The position numbers and the translations under genes are program-made. Under the pieces are notes generated by a model, which was not told the origin of the DNA, ran no database searches, and worked only from the letters and a program-made list of their open reading frames with translations. A DNA stretch of 16,675 nt, taken from the NCBI GenBank assembly GCA_038248345.1, contig JBBRXO010000062.1, positions 1 through 16,675 of the forward strand. The letters run 5' to 3'. The DNA is from Armatimonadota bacterium (GTDB taxonomy: Bacteria > Armatimonadota > Hebobacteria > CAIYQO01). Positions 7,052-15,304 of this stretch are shown here, piece by piece (the first letter of the stretch is position 1; every line of letters begins with the position of its first letter).

Positions 7052-10000
7052 GTGCGTATACCCGCTCTTTTTTCGCCCATCCGGGCCGTGTTTTTCCTGC
7101 TGTTGCTGTGCTCGATGTCGGCGCTCTGGGCTCAGCAGTCAGATAACCATATGCTCCATGCCGTTCCGGTGCCTGGAGAGGTGGCGGTTGACGGCAAGCT
7201 GGGTGACTGGGATATTTCCGGTCAGGTTGATGTGTTTGCCAATTATCGTATGCGCAACACCTACTCTACCAAGGTCGCCGCTATGTATGACAAGGATAAT
7301 TTTTATTTGTCTATCATCTGGCGCGACCCGACCCCGATGTTTAATATGGTCGATTCCAACTTTGATATTGGCAGCGGCTGGAAAAGCGACTGCCTGCAGT
7401 TGCGGGTAAAGACAGATATGGTAATCGGCGATATTACCTGCTGGTATTCTACCGCTGCAAAACATCCTGTAGTGAACATTGCCTACGGTCGATTCACTAG
7501 TGGCAATGACAAAGAAACCGATATTAATGCCTTCAACGGAATAACAGATGCATTGAAAGTCGGTGTACAGGAAGCATTTTTAATGGGTGAGGACGAAAAA
7601 AGCTATACCCAGGAGATTGCTATTCCGTGGAAGTTGCTCACCGGGCAATCTGCCATTGTGAAAGCAACCGGCAAGCCATACCGCGATCCTAAGACATATT
7701 CTGCGGGCGACAGCTTTACTATGGGTATGGAGTTTTTATGGGGACCCCCGGACGGAAAAACTTCTCCGATTCACCGTTATGCCGATTTTCTACAGGAAGG
7801 CAAATCAAGCCGCGAGTTCTTTTGGACTGCGGAAAATGACTGGGGAACAGTAAAATTGGAACCGAAAGGGAATTTAACACTGCCTGCGCCGGATTATGAG
7901 AGCGCTTCTAATTTCTCGCAGAAGACCAAAGGCCCGGTAGTATTGGAATATTCCATGCCCTTTGACGGCTTTGCCACTATTGTGGTTGAGGATGAGAAGG
8001 GAATCCGCGTGAAGAATGTTATCAGCATGGGGCCGCGCAGCAAAGGCGAGCAGGTAGATTACTGGGATGGCACAGATGAAGAAGGCCAGCTGGTGCCACC
8101 GGGCAAATACAGCTGGCGCGGGTTGTACCACCAGGGTATAGACCCGGTATATGAAGCGAGTTACGGCACCCCCGGTACTCCGCCGTGGGATACCGCAGAT
8201 GGCAAAGGCGCATGGATGAGCGACCATACAGTACCTGTTGCGGTTGGCGCCGGCAAAGATATGATGGTGCTGGTCGCAGAAGGGTCAGAAGCTGGTTACG
8301 CGATAATCGGCACCGACCTGAACGGGCAAAAAATGTGGGGCGAGAGAAAGTTTCAGAATAATCGCGCTGTTGCTGTTGACGATAAATATGTATATGCCGG
8401 CATGGGCGTCGCCGCATGGGCGGGCATAACCGTACCGCAGATAGGCAGGCTAGAATTAGCCACCGGCAAATACGCGCCGTTTAACACCAAGCCGGAACCG
8501 CAGCTAATAGTAGGCGTTGCCAAAACCGACGACAAAGCTGACCTGGCTGGATTAGCGGTAAGCGCAGACAAAATTGCGGTTTCTTTGACCGGTCTAAATG
8601 TAATCCGCTTTATTGACAAATCAACTACAGAGCCGATAAATGATATTCCACTGTTAAATCCCGGTGGATTGGCGTTTGATGCTAACGGTGTGCTATTCGC
8701 CGTGTCCGGCAGCGGGGTGGTGAAGATTGTTGATGGCAAGGCGACTGATTTCATAACTAAAGGTCTGGATAAACCGCATTTCATCGCAATAGACAAAGAT
8801 GGACGTATTTATGTGTCCGATACCGGTGCACAACAGGTGAAGGTTTATGATAAAACCGGCGTATTTGTGCGTGATATTGGCGCTGCCGGCGGTCGTCCGC
8901 AGATAGGCAAGTGGAATCAAAACGGCATGTACCAGCCCAATGGCATAGCTATAGATGCCCAAGGACGCCTGTGGGTTGCAGAAGAGAATATGTGGCCGAA
9001 ACGCGTTAGTGTATGGACAGCAGAAGGACAATTCGTTAACGATTACATCGGTCCGACAACTTACGGTGGCATGGGAGCGGCGGTTGATGCCACGGATAAA
9101 ACCCGAGTATTTGGCAATGGTTGTGAGTTTAAGCTGGATTATGCAGCAAACAAGGCAACAGTAGTCGCCAGCCTTATTGATGATAATCTGGTTGGCGATT
9201 TGATGAAAATAAATGGCCGCGAATATTTCATGGCAAAAAGACAGAAATTATACCTGCGAAAAGGCGACGCGCTGGTGAAGATTGTCGATTTCGGAACCAT
9301 CAGAAAACAGGATTTAGCTACTTCGAAAATTCCGATAACCGCATTGCCGACAACTGATTTGATTAACTATATCTGGTCAGACTGGAATGATGACGGCATC
9401 ATGCAGGCTGAAGAGGTTACCTCATGGGCGTGCGGCGGGAATGAGAAAACTATCAATATCGGTAGTTGGGGCGGCTATTGGCTGGATGACAAGTACAATA
9501 TCATCACTGATGGCGGGGGCTACTATAGCGATTTCTCGCAGTTGATACCGTTTAAAGGCTGGACACCCGGTGGCGTGCCAACCTGGGACCCGACTAAAGC
9601 AATCACCCTTCTGGACAGGAAAACCCCGAAATCTGGCGGCAGCGCAAATACTCTGCTGTTAGCAGATAAAGGAATGGCTATCTTTGGGCACAATCCTATT
9701 CTCGCTGTTAAGCCCGGTGGGGAAATTGTCTGGACTTTCAATGACAACTGGTGGGGTGTTCACGGCTCACATGGCGCACCCATACCGGAGAATGATTCTG
9801 TCATTGTTGGGCTGTTAAGCTGTATCGGCGTTGCCGACACTGGCACCCCGTTGGGCAAGATATTCGCCGTTAATACCAATATGGGACGAATGCCGGTATT
9901 CACTACCGATGGCCTGCTGGTGGCCACCTTATTCCAGGATTGCCGCATCGGGTCAGACCCCTGGCCGTCATCTGCAAAACCAGGATCCCCAATGGGCGGT

Positions 10001-10906
10001 GTCACCATGGGCGGCGAGTGGTTCGGCGGTTACTTTTTCAAGGCGGAAAAGACCAATGAATATTACCTGATAGCCGGCGGCACTTCTTACAATCTGATCA
10101 AGCTGAACGGGATGGACACTATTAAACAGCTGCCAGTAAAGAATTTAATATTCACGGCTGATGATTACGCGGCGGCTGAAAAAATTCAGATTGAAAAAGC
10201 AGCAAAGGCAGGAAAGGAAAATATTCTGACAATAACTAAAATTGCTGCCGCGCCAAAGATTGATGGAAAACTGGATGAATATGCTAAAGACAGCTTTATT
10301 GAGTGGGGTACTGGGCAGTATAAAGCCCGCGGCGCAGTTGCCACTGATGGCAACAAAGTTTACCTTGCTTATGATATATCCGGCGACGCCAATCCGCTGG
10401 TTAACGGCGGGCAGGATTTCAGCCAGTTATTTATCACCGGCGACTCGGTTGACCTGCAACTGGGCACTGATTCGGCAGCTGATCCTAAGAGAAATGATGG
10501 CGCGTCAGGCGACCTAAGACTGCTGATATCGGTATTAGATAACAAACCTACCGCAGTATTATATCGTTGGAAAACCGCTGGCGAAAAACGCCTGCAGACT
10601 TTCACCAGCCCCTGGCGCAAAATTACTCTTGATTGGGTAGAACAGGTGAAGGATGCGGAAATAAGTATTATCCGTCGCAACAATGGCTACACTGTTGAAG
10701 CTGCTATCCCCATGCAAACGCTGGGATTCACCCCTGAAGCTGGTAAGTCATACAAGCTGGATATGGGTGTCATCTACTCTGACCCCACCGGCACTAACCG
10801 CGCTGCCCGTATCTATTGGTCAAACAAAGCCACAGGCTTGGTGAATGACGTACCGGGTGAGATAATGGCGACGCCAAACCTATGGGGCACGGCGACTATC
10901 AAATAA
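7052..10906 (+). CDS. Large secreted protein: CBM9/DOMON-like, FlgD Ig-like, NHL/beta-propeller repeats, CBM9-like (1284 aa)
   Basis: Signal peptide ending ...SMSALWA|QQ. VAVDGKLGDW...YTQEIAIPW and PKIDGKLDEY...YTVEAAIP are CBM9-like motifs at both ends. WDGTDEEGQLVPPGKY is FlgD-Ig-like. PGGLAFD, PHFIAIDKDGRIYVSDTG and PNGIAIDAQGRLWVAE are NHL repeats. DWNDDG is a Ca-loop-like motif. Confidence 0.88.
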   Translation: MRIPALFSPIRAVFFLLLLCSMSALWAQQSDNHMLHAVPVPGEVAVDGKLGDWDISGQVDVFANYRMRNTYSTKVAAMYDKDNFYLSIIWRDPTPMFNMVDSNFDIGSGWKSDCLQLRVKTDMVIGDITCWYSTAAKHPVVNIAYGRFTSGNDKETDINAFNGITDALKVGVQEAFLMGEDEKSYTQEIAIPWKLLTGQSAIVKATGKPYRDPKTYSAGDSFTMGMEFLWGPPDGKTSPIHRYADFLQEGKSSREFFWTAENDWGTVKLEPKGNLTLPAPDYESASNFSQKTKGPVVLEYSMPFDGFATIVVEDEKGIRVKNVISMGPRSKGEQVDYWDGTDEEGQLVPPGKYSWRGLYHQGIDPVYEASYGTPGTPPWDTADGKGAWMSDHTVPVAVGAGKDMMVLVAEGSEAGYAIIGTDLNGQKMWGERKFQNNRAVAVDDKYVYAGMGVAAWAGITVPQIGRLELATGKYAPFNTKPEPQLIVGVAKTDDKADLAGLAVSADKIAVSLTGLNVIRFIDKSTTEPINDIPLLNPGGLAFDANGVLFAVSGSGVVKIVDGKATDFITKGLDKPHFIAIDKDGRIYVSDTGAQQVKVYDKTGVFVRDIGAAGGRPQIGKWNQNGMYQPNGIAIDAQGRLWVAEENMWPKRVSVWTAEGQFVNDYIGPTTYGGMGAAVDATDKTRVFGNGCEFKLDYAANKATVVASLIDDNLVGDLMKINGREYFMAKRQKLYLRKGDALVKIVDFGTIRKQDLATSKIPITALPTTDLINYIWSDWNDDGIMQAEEVTSWACGGNEKTINIGSWGGYWLDDKYNIITDGGGYYSDFSQLIPFKGWTPGGVPTWDPTKAITLLDRKTPKSGGSANTLLLADKGMAIFGHNPILAVKPGGEIVWTFNDNWWGVHGSHGAPIPENDSVIVGLLSCIGVADTGTPLGKIFAVNTNMGRMPVFTTDGLLVATLFQDCRIGSDPWPSSAKPGSPMGGVTMGGEWFGGYFFKAEKTNEYYLIAGGTSYNLIKLNGMDTIKQLPVKNLIFTADDYAAAEKIQIEKAAKAGKENILTITKIAAAPKIDGKLDEYAKDSFIEWGTGQYKARGAVATDGNKVYLAYDISGDANPLVNGGQDFSQLFITGDSVDLQLGTDSAADPKRNDGASGDLRLLISVLDNKPTAVLYRWKTAGEKRLQTFTSPWRKITLDWVEQVKDAEISIIRRNNGYTVEAAIPMQTLGFTPEAGKSYKLDMGVIYSDPTGTNRAARIYWSNKATGLVNDVPGEIMATPNLWGTATIK

Positions 10907-10933
10907 GCCAGCGAAAAGCCAATATAGATAAGA

Positions 10934-10994
10934 GGGTAAATCCTGGGAGCGCCAATCTGGAGATTCGCGCTCCCAGGAGCATGTGCAATTACCT
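10934..10994. repeat. ~60-bp dispersed palindromic repeat, copy 2
   Basis: CCTGGGAGCGCCAATCTGGAGATTCGCGCTCCCAGG (10942-10977) is 35/36 identical to 6340-6375 and is followed by AGCATGTGCAATTACCT. Confidence 0.85.
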
Positions 10995-11021
10995 GTTAAA
11001 ATAGGTTAGAGAGGTGATGAA

Positions 11022-12344
11022 ATGTCCGCTCCCGCACTGCACATTGGTATCGTCAAGGTTGAGAAAAACACACAATTCGAGTTGTGCCTGGCACAGTTAC
11101 GGCTCATGCTCGATCTGGCCGACACCACCGAGTTGACGGATTTGACCTCGCTGGAAGCAGGGGCGGAATTCGATCTGGTGGTGGCGCTGGGCGTCTGCGG
11201 TTCGACACCATTGTCCTCTGTGTTGGCACGGCGTCGTCTTCCGTGCCTGGCTATGGAAGCCTATCTCGGATTTCACCCGTACCATGCCGCTTTTTACCGG
11301 GCGGTTGAGGCCGGCAACGGCATCGTGCTCCCGGCGAATGATCCGGAAGAGATTGCCGACTCGCTGGCCGCCGTCCGGGCGTGGAAAGGCATGCAAGGCA
11401 CCCGGTTGCTGGTCGTCGATACGCATGACGAGGATTTTCGTGCCGAGGAAATAGCGACATTTGCGCTGGGATGCCGCGCGACGCTGGGGGTAGAGATTAT
11501 CCGCCGGCCCGTCAGCGAATTACGGGCGCGGGCGAAAGGCGTTTCCGATGAGGACGCTGACGCGGAATTGGCGCGCTGGTACCGAGAAATCCTGGAAGGG
11601 CCGAGTGAAATGGACGACGCGCACATGCGGCAGGTGGCTCGGCTTTTCCTCGGTGAACGGGCAATGTTGGAGGAAACCGGCGCGATCGGCATCACGGTGG
11701 AAGATATCTTCGGTTTTTTACTGCAACCTGAGCGACTCATCATGCCGAACGTCACTTATGGGCCGCTGGTGTTCGCCGGTATCCTGGCCGCGGAAGAAGG
11801 AGACATCGAAGTCCTCACCACGGAACTGTTGCTACGCGCCGGCCTTGACGCCCATCCGACGATGAGCAATATCTATCTGGGCTTTCGCGATCAATTCGAT
11901 ATCATCGCCGATGCGAAGAAATATACTCCCGCGATGCAACTAGACGATTACCTACAGTGCGTGGCCGATAATCATTTCACCGCCAGCCACTTCCGCGCCT
12001 TCGGGGTGTTGCCGCCAAATATGATGACGGAAGACCGTTATCGCGTGCGGGAAGCCTGGCCCGGACAAAGCATGGTAGTGGCAACGCCGCGCCTCGGTCC
12101 GGTGATGCTGGCGCGCCTTACCACGGATGCCCACGGCCTGCACCTGGTGCCCGGAGAGGCGGACGGCCTGAAAATCGGTGATGAATATGGCTGGCATCGC
12201 TGCCGCTGGTTCATCCGGATCCCCGACGTGCACGATTTCATCCACCGCTGCCAGCACCAACACTACGTCATCGGTCCTGTAAATGACCGCGAGCGTGTTT
12301 TACGCGTGTTAACGGAGAAGCTGTTGGGGCTGACGATGGTCTGA
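11022..12344 (+). CDS. L-fucose/L-arabinose isomerase-like fold protein (440 aa), substrate unknown
   Basis: Long GC-rich ORF with SD AGAGGTGA. AAEEGDI matches the family (A/C)EGD motif. PTMSN, ASH and the C-terminal QHQHYVI (HH-like metal ligand region) also fit. No signal peptide. Confidence 0.6.
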   Translation: MSAPALHIGIVKVEKNTQFELCLAQLRLMLDLADTTELTDLTSLEAGAEFDLVVALGVCGSTPLSSVLARRRLPCLAMEAYLGFHPYHAAFYRAVEAGNGIVLPANDPEEIADSLAAVRAWKGMQGTRLLVVDTHDEDFRAEEIATFALGCRATLGVEIIRRPVSELRARAKGVSDEDADAELARWYREILEGPSEMDDAHMRQVARLFLGERAMLEETGAIGITVEDIFGFLLQPERLIMPNVTYGPLVFAGILAAEEGDIEVLTTELLLRAGLDAHPTMSNIYLGFRDQFDIIADAKKYTPAMQLDDYLQCVADNHFTASHFRAFGVLPPNMMTEDRYRVREAWPGQSMVVATPRLGPVMLARLTTDAHGLHLVPGEADGLKIGDEYGWHRCRWFIRIPDVHDFIHRCQHQHYVIGPVNDRERVLRVLTEKLLGLTMV

Positions 12345-12602
12345 AAATCTCTAATATAGAAAACCCGGTACATCCACGGTTATCTTACCCGCGGTTCCCG
12401 TAGGTGACACTTTCGGCACCATTGGTAGCCACTCTACATGTCTCATTGAAGGACATTATCACTGAGCAACTACAGTGGTGTAGTAAGGGTAATGGGGTGC
12501 TGAACGCGGCATGTGCAATTGGTTATTGCCATTGATTTTGTTGTATACTATTGGAAATTTGCGCGTGGGTCGCGCATTATTAAATCAGTTATGGAGAAGT
12601 TT

Positions 12603-14549
12603 ATGAGTGACCAGTATTTCGTCATTACCCCCGATACGATAGTGGTGAAAGGCAAGCAGGGTACGACGCTTGCCACCATCGCCCTCCGTTTTAGTGTCGG
12701 CGCTACCCCGTATCACGTCGTCGCGTTGGCGCCCCGGGGGTCGGGGTACCTCGGCACGACGCAGGATTCTGCAGTAACGGTGGATATCCAGCCTGCTGGC
12801 AACAGCGTCAGCGTTGAGCTGCAAGGAGATTTCGCGGAAAGCGATGCCATTTCGTACTTCACCGGGTCCTCGGTCGAGGCGGTGTATGGCCGCGCGTTTG
12901 TGCCGGATGCAGATTGCCGTCGTTTCCTCACCGCTGATAAGGAAGTGTTCTACCTGACGAATTCGGGGATGATCTTGCAGCGCCAAGTCAAAAAGCAAGA
13001 CCTGTGGATGATCGCCCCGCCGCCGCATGTCATCGCGTTTGGCGACGATGACCACGGCTGGTGTGGCTTGTCCATGCCGGAGCCCCTCCCGGTGGTCTTC
13101 ACGCGCATTAGTTGCCAGCAGCGCAACTTCCAGGTGGTCTTCAATCACTACAGCCCGCGCCATGCCGAGGGCCGCTTGCCGCGTGTGTTTATTGATGCCG
13201 GGCTGGCGGACGGCAAGGACATGCTGGAGTGCCACCGCGCGCATGCCGAGGACCTCGGGCTTATCGATACGCACAAAAAGTCCTATGCCTGGTGGCATAA
13301 TCCGATTTATTGCACCTGGGGAGATCAATGTTATCTGCAGAAAACAGCGCCGCAGACGTTAGAAACCTCCATTGCCATTCCCATGGATGCGGCGAAGTTG
13401 TTGCATTGGGCGGATGGCGTTCGTGCCATCTACCCGGGCGAGGTCAACTACATCGTGGACGCCGGTTGGTTCGACTATCTGGGCGATTACCAGCCGAAAC
13501 TCCCTGAATTCAAGAACACCGACGATTTTGCAGCGCTCATCGCCCAATTGAAGGCGAAAGGCTTCCGCGTCATCTTGTGGTACACACCGTTCTGGGCGCA
13601 AAAGGGCTCCGCCATCGAGCGCGAGCACCCTGAGTATCTCATTCGTCGGCGGGACGGCAGCATTTATCGCGACGAGAATCAACACGCCTTCCTCGATTTT
13701 TCCAACCCTGAGGTACGCGGATACACCAAAGGGCGCGTCGAGTACATGCTGAAGACGCTGGACGCCGACGGCTTCAAAATCGACATGAATTACGTGCATC
13801 CGCTGATGAGGGACATATTGTTACATGATAGCGGCTGGGGCTACGGTAACCAGCTCTGGCTGCAGATGATGAAGTTCTTCCACGCCACCGCCACCGCCAT
13901 CAAGGAGGACGCCTTCTTCACGATCAGCGGCATTGAGAGCTATTTGCAACCGTATGCCAGCTCGGTACGCCTCAACGATCTCTTTGATTTCACCCATGCG
14001 CAAGCCTGGTATAACCGCGCCGAGTTGGTGACCCGCCTGATGCCCGACGTTCCCATTGATGTGGATGGCTGGCCTTCCAGCGTGGAGAAGATGCGGGAAT
14101 ATCAGTTCGTCTCCCCGGTTTTCGGCGCGCCCGTCACCTACTACATCGACGCCGTCGACATCATGACCGAGCAACTGACCGACGCCGATCTTAATCGCAT
14201 GGCATCGACCTGGCATGTCTATAGCAAAGCGCCATGTGAGCAGGGGATGCGCGTGACTATGGATGCCGACGCGGACGTCTTCGCGCGTCGCGGCCCCCAG
14301 GGCGAGTTAAAGGCGCTGGCGCTGCAACGGAGCGCGCTGGTCTGCTACGCGGGAGAGAAGATCTATCTCACCGCCAACCTCGACCGCGCAGTGAGCATCC
14401 CCGTCGACGCGGTGGAGCGCTACACCAAGGCGGAGAAAATCTACCGTGATGGCACGCGCGAGCCGGTCACCTTCTTCAAAGACGGCGCCAGCCTGTTGCT
14501 CAACGTCGCCGATGCCGGGCGCGGTATTCTCTGCTACGAGATTTCGTAA
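12603..14549 (+). CDS. Clan GH-D TIM-barrel glycoside hydrolase (GH36/GH31/GH27-like alpha-glycosidase), 648 aa
   Basis: Start reassigned to ATG 12603 (SD GGAG). Motifs YCTW, IVDAGW, GFRVILWYTPF, LDFSNPEVR, DGFKIDM (nucleophile Asp) and VRLND (acid/base Asp). No signal peptide. Confidence 0.85.
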   Translation: MSDQYFVITPDTIVVKGKQGTTLATIALRFSVGATPYHVVALAPRGSGYLGTTQDSAVTVDIQPAGNSVSVELQGDFAESDAISYFTGSSVEAVYGRAFVPDADCRRFLTADKEVFYLTNSGMILQRQVKKQDLWMIAPPPHVIAFGDDDHGWCGLSMPEPLPVVFTRISCQQRNFQVVFNHYSPRHAEGRLPRVFIDAGLADGKDMLECHRAHAEDLGLIDTHKKSYAWWHNPIYCTWGDQCYLQKTAPQTLETSIAIPMDAAKLLHWADGVRAIYPGEVNYIVDAGWFDYLGDYQPKLPEFKNTDDFAALIAQLKAKGFRVILWYTPFWAQKGSAIEREHPEYLIRRRDGSIYRDENQHAFLDFSNPEVRGYTKGRVEYMLKTLDADGFKIDMNYVHPLMRDILLHDSGWGYGNQLWLQMMKFFHATATAIKEDAFFTISGIESYLQPYASSVRLNDLFDFTHAQAWYNRAELVTRLMPDVPIDVDGWPSSVEKMREYQFVSPVFGAPVTYYIDAVDIMTEQLTDADLNRMASTWHVYSKAPCEQGMRVTMDADADVFARRGPQGELKALALQRSALVCYAGEKIYLTANLDRAVSIPVDAVERYTKAEKIYRDGTREPVTFFKDGASLLLNVADAGRGILCYEIS

Positions 14550-14692
14550 TGCGATCTTCCCATTCAGCACCGACTGTAATATGTAATATCGTTGCAATTC
14601 CATTGGCAAATAAATGTCGTCGTGTCTCCTAGAAAGACATAATCACAGAGCAACGACACGCCCAAAACAAGCGCTTCGTCAGCTCCGTTTAG

Positions 14693-15030
14693 GACGGCGG
14701 GGCGCGCGAGGGCGTCAATGCGTTGAGCTGTTATGACCGCGACGGCAAGTTCCTCTGGGGCGTGCCGCGTCCGCAGGAGCAGGGGACGAAAGACATCAAG
14801 GCGGACGGCGTGGTCGGCGACTTGAACATCCCCGGTTTGGGCCACGTGCTGGGCACCTGGTCGTGGCACGGCATTACCGGCCTTACCTGGTCACCTCCGA
14901 CGGCCTGCTGGGACGAGTCGTTTCGCTACTATTATCAAGCGCATATCGACTTCATGCTCGTTGCCAACGGCGCCGGACACCAGCCCAAGGTGTACGTCGA
15001 TGACGCCGAGTTCGTCGAAGCGCCAACGAA
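14693..15030 (+). pseudogene. Telescoped, frameshifted remnant of a large propeller/CBM protein related to 7052-10906
   Basis: No RBS or convincing start. LSCYDRDGKFLWG...GLGHVLGTWSWHG, then after a frameshift at ~14873 YRPYLVTSDGLL (compare RMPVFTTDGLL), then WDESFRYYYQ (compare GGEWFGGYFF), then a CBM-like tail VYVDDAEF. Confidence 0.6.
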
Positions 15031-15060
15031 TATGGCCGCGCAACCTGCGGAAAAGGGCAC

Positions 15061-15188
15061 CCCTGGGAACGCAGGCGTCCCCGCCTGCCCCGTAGCCCGC
15101 GCCCGCCGTGGCGCGTATTTGCTGACACAATAGCGCGCCACAGCGGGCGCGGGCTACAGAGCTACGGAGCACGCAGGATGCGTGCGCA
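15061..15188. repeat. Nested REP cluster: a GTAG-type REP doublet (REPIN) between two other REP-like hairpins
   Basis: CCCTGGGAAC plus GCAGGCG-TCCC-CGCCTGC (15071-15088). GTAGCCCGCGCCCGCCGTGGCGCG (15092-15115) and CGCGCCACAGCGGGCGCGGGCTAC (15134-15157) are 23/24 inverted. GCACGCA-GGA-TGCGTGC (15169-15185). Confidence 0.8.
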
Positions 15189-15304
15189 CTTGTTCCATCC
15201 CTCCGTGCCATCTCTGTTGAAAAATATCTGTTTCCCCATTGTATAACACTTCCATATGATGTATCATTCATTCATCTGAATTTCTGGAATGGAGGGACCA
15301 CACC

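Noticed and set aside
6340..10977. 36-bp palindromic repeat as a CRISPR repeat
   Set aside because: Only two copies 4.6 kb apart, no spacer periodicity, and no cas genes.
12513..12602. Upstream start of the GH gene
   Set aside because: No SD at 12513 and the extension is AT-rich and intergenic-like. ATG 12603 has GGAG at suitable spacing.
14723..15133. Intact 136-aa gene
   Set aside because: TTG start without RBS, a conserved motif lying in another frame, and a tail that is translated REP DNA; treated as a pseudogene.
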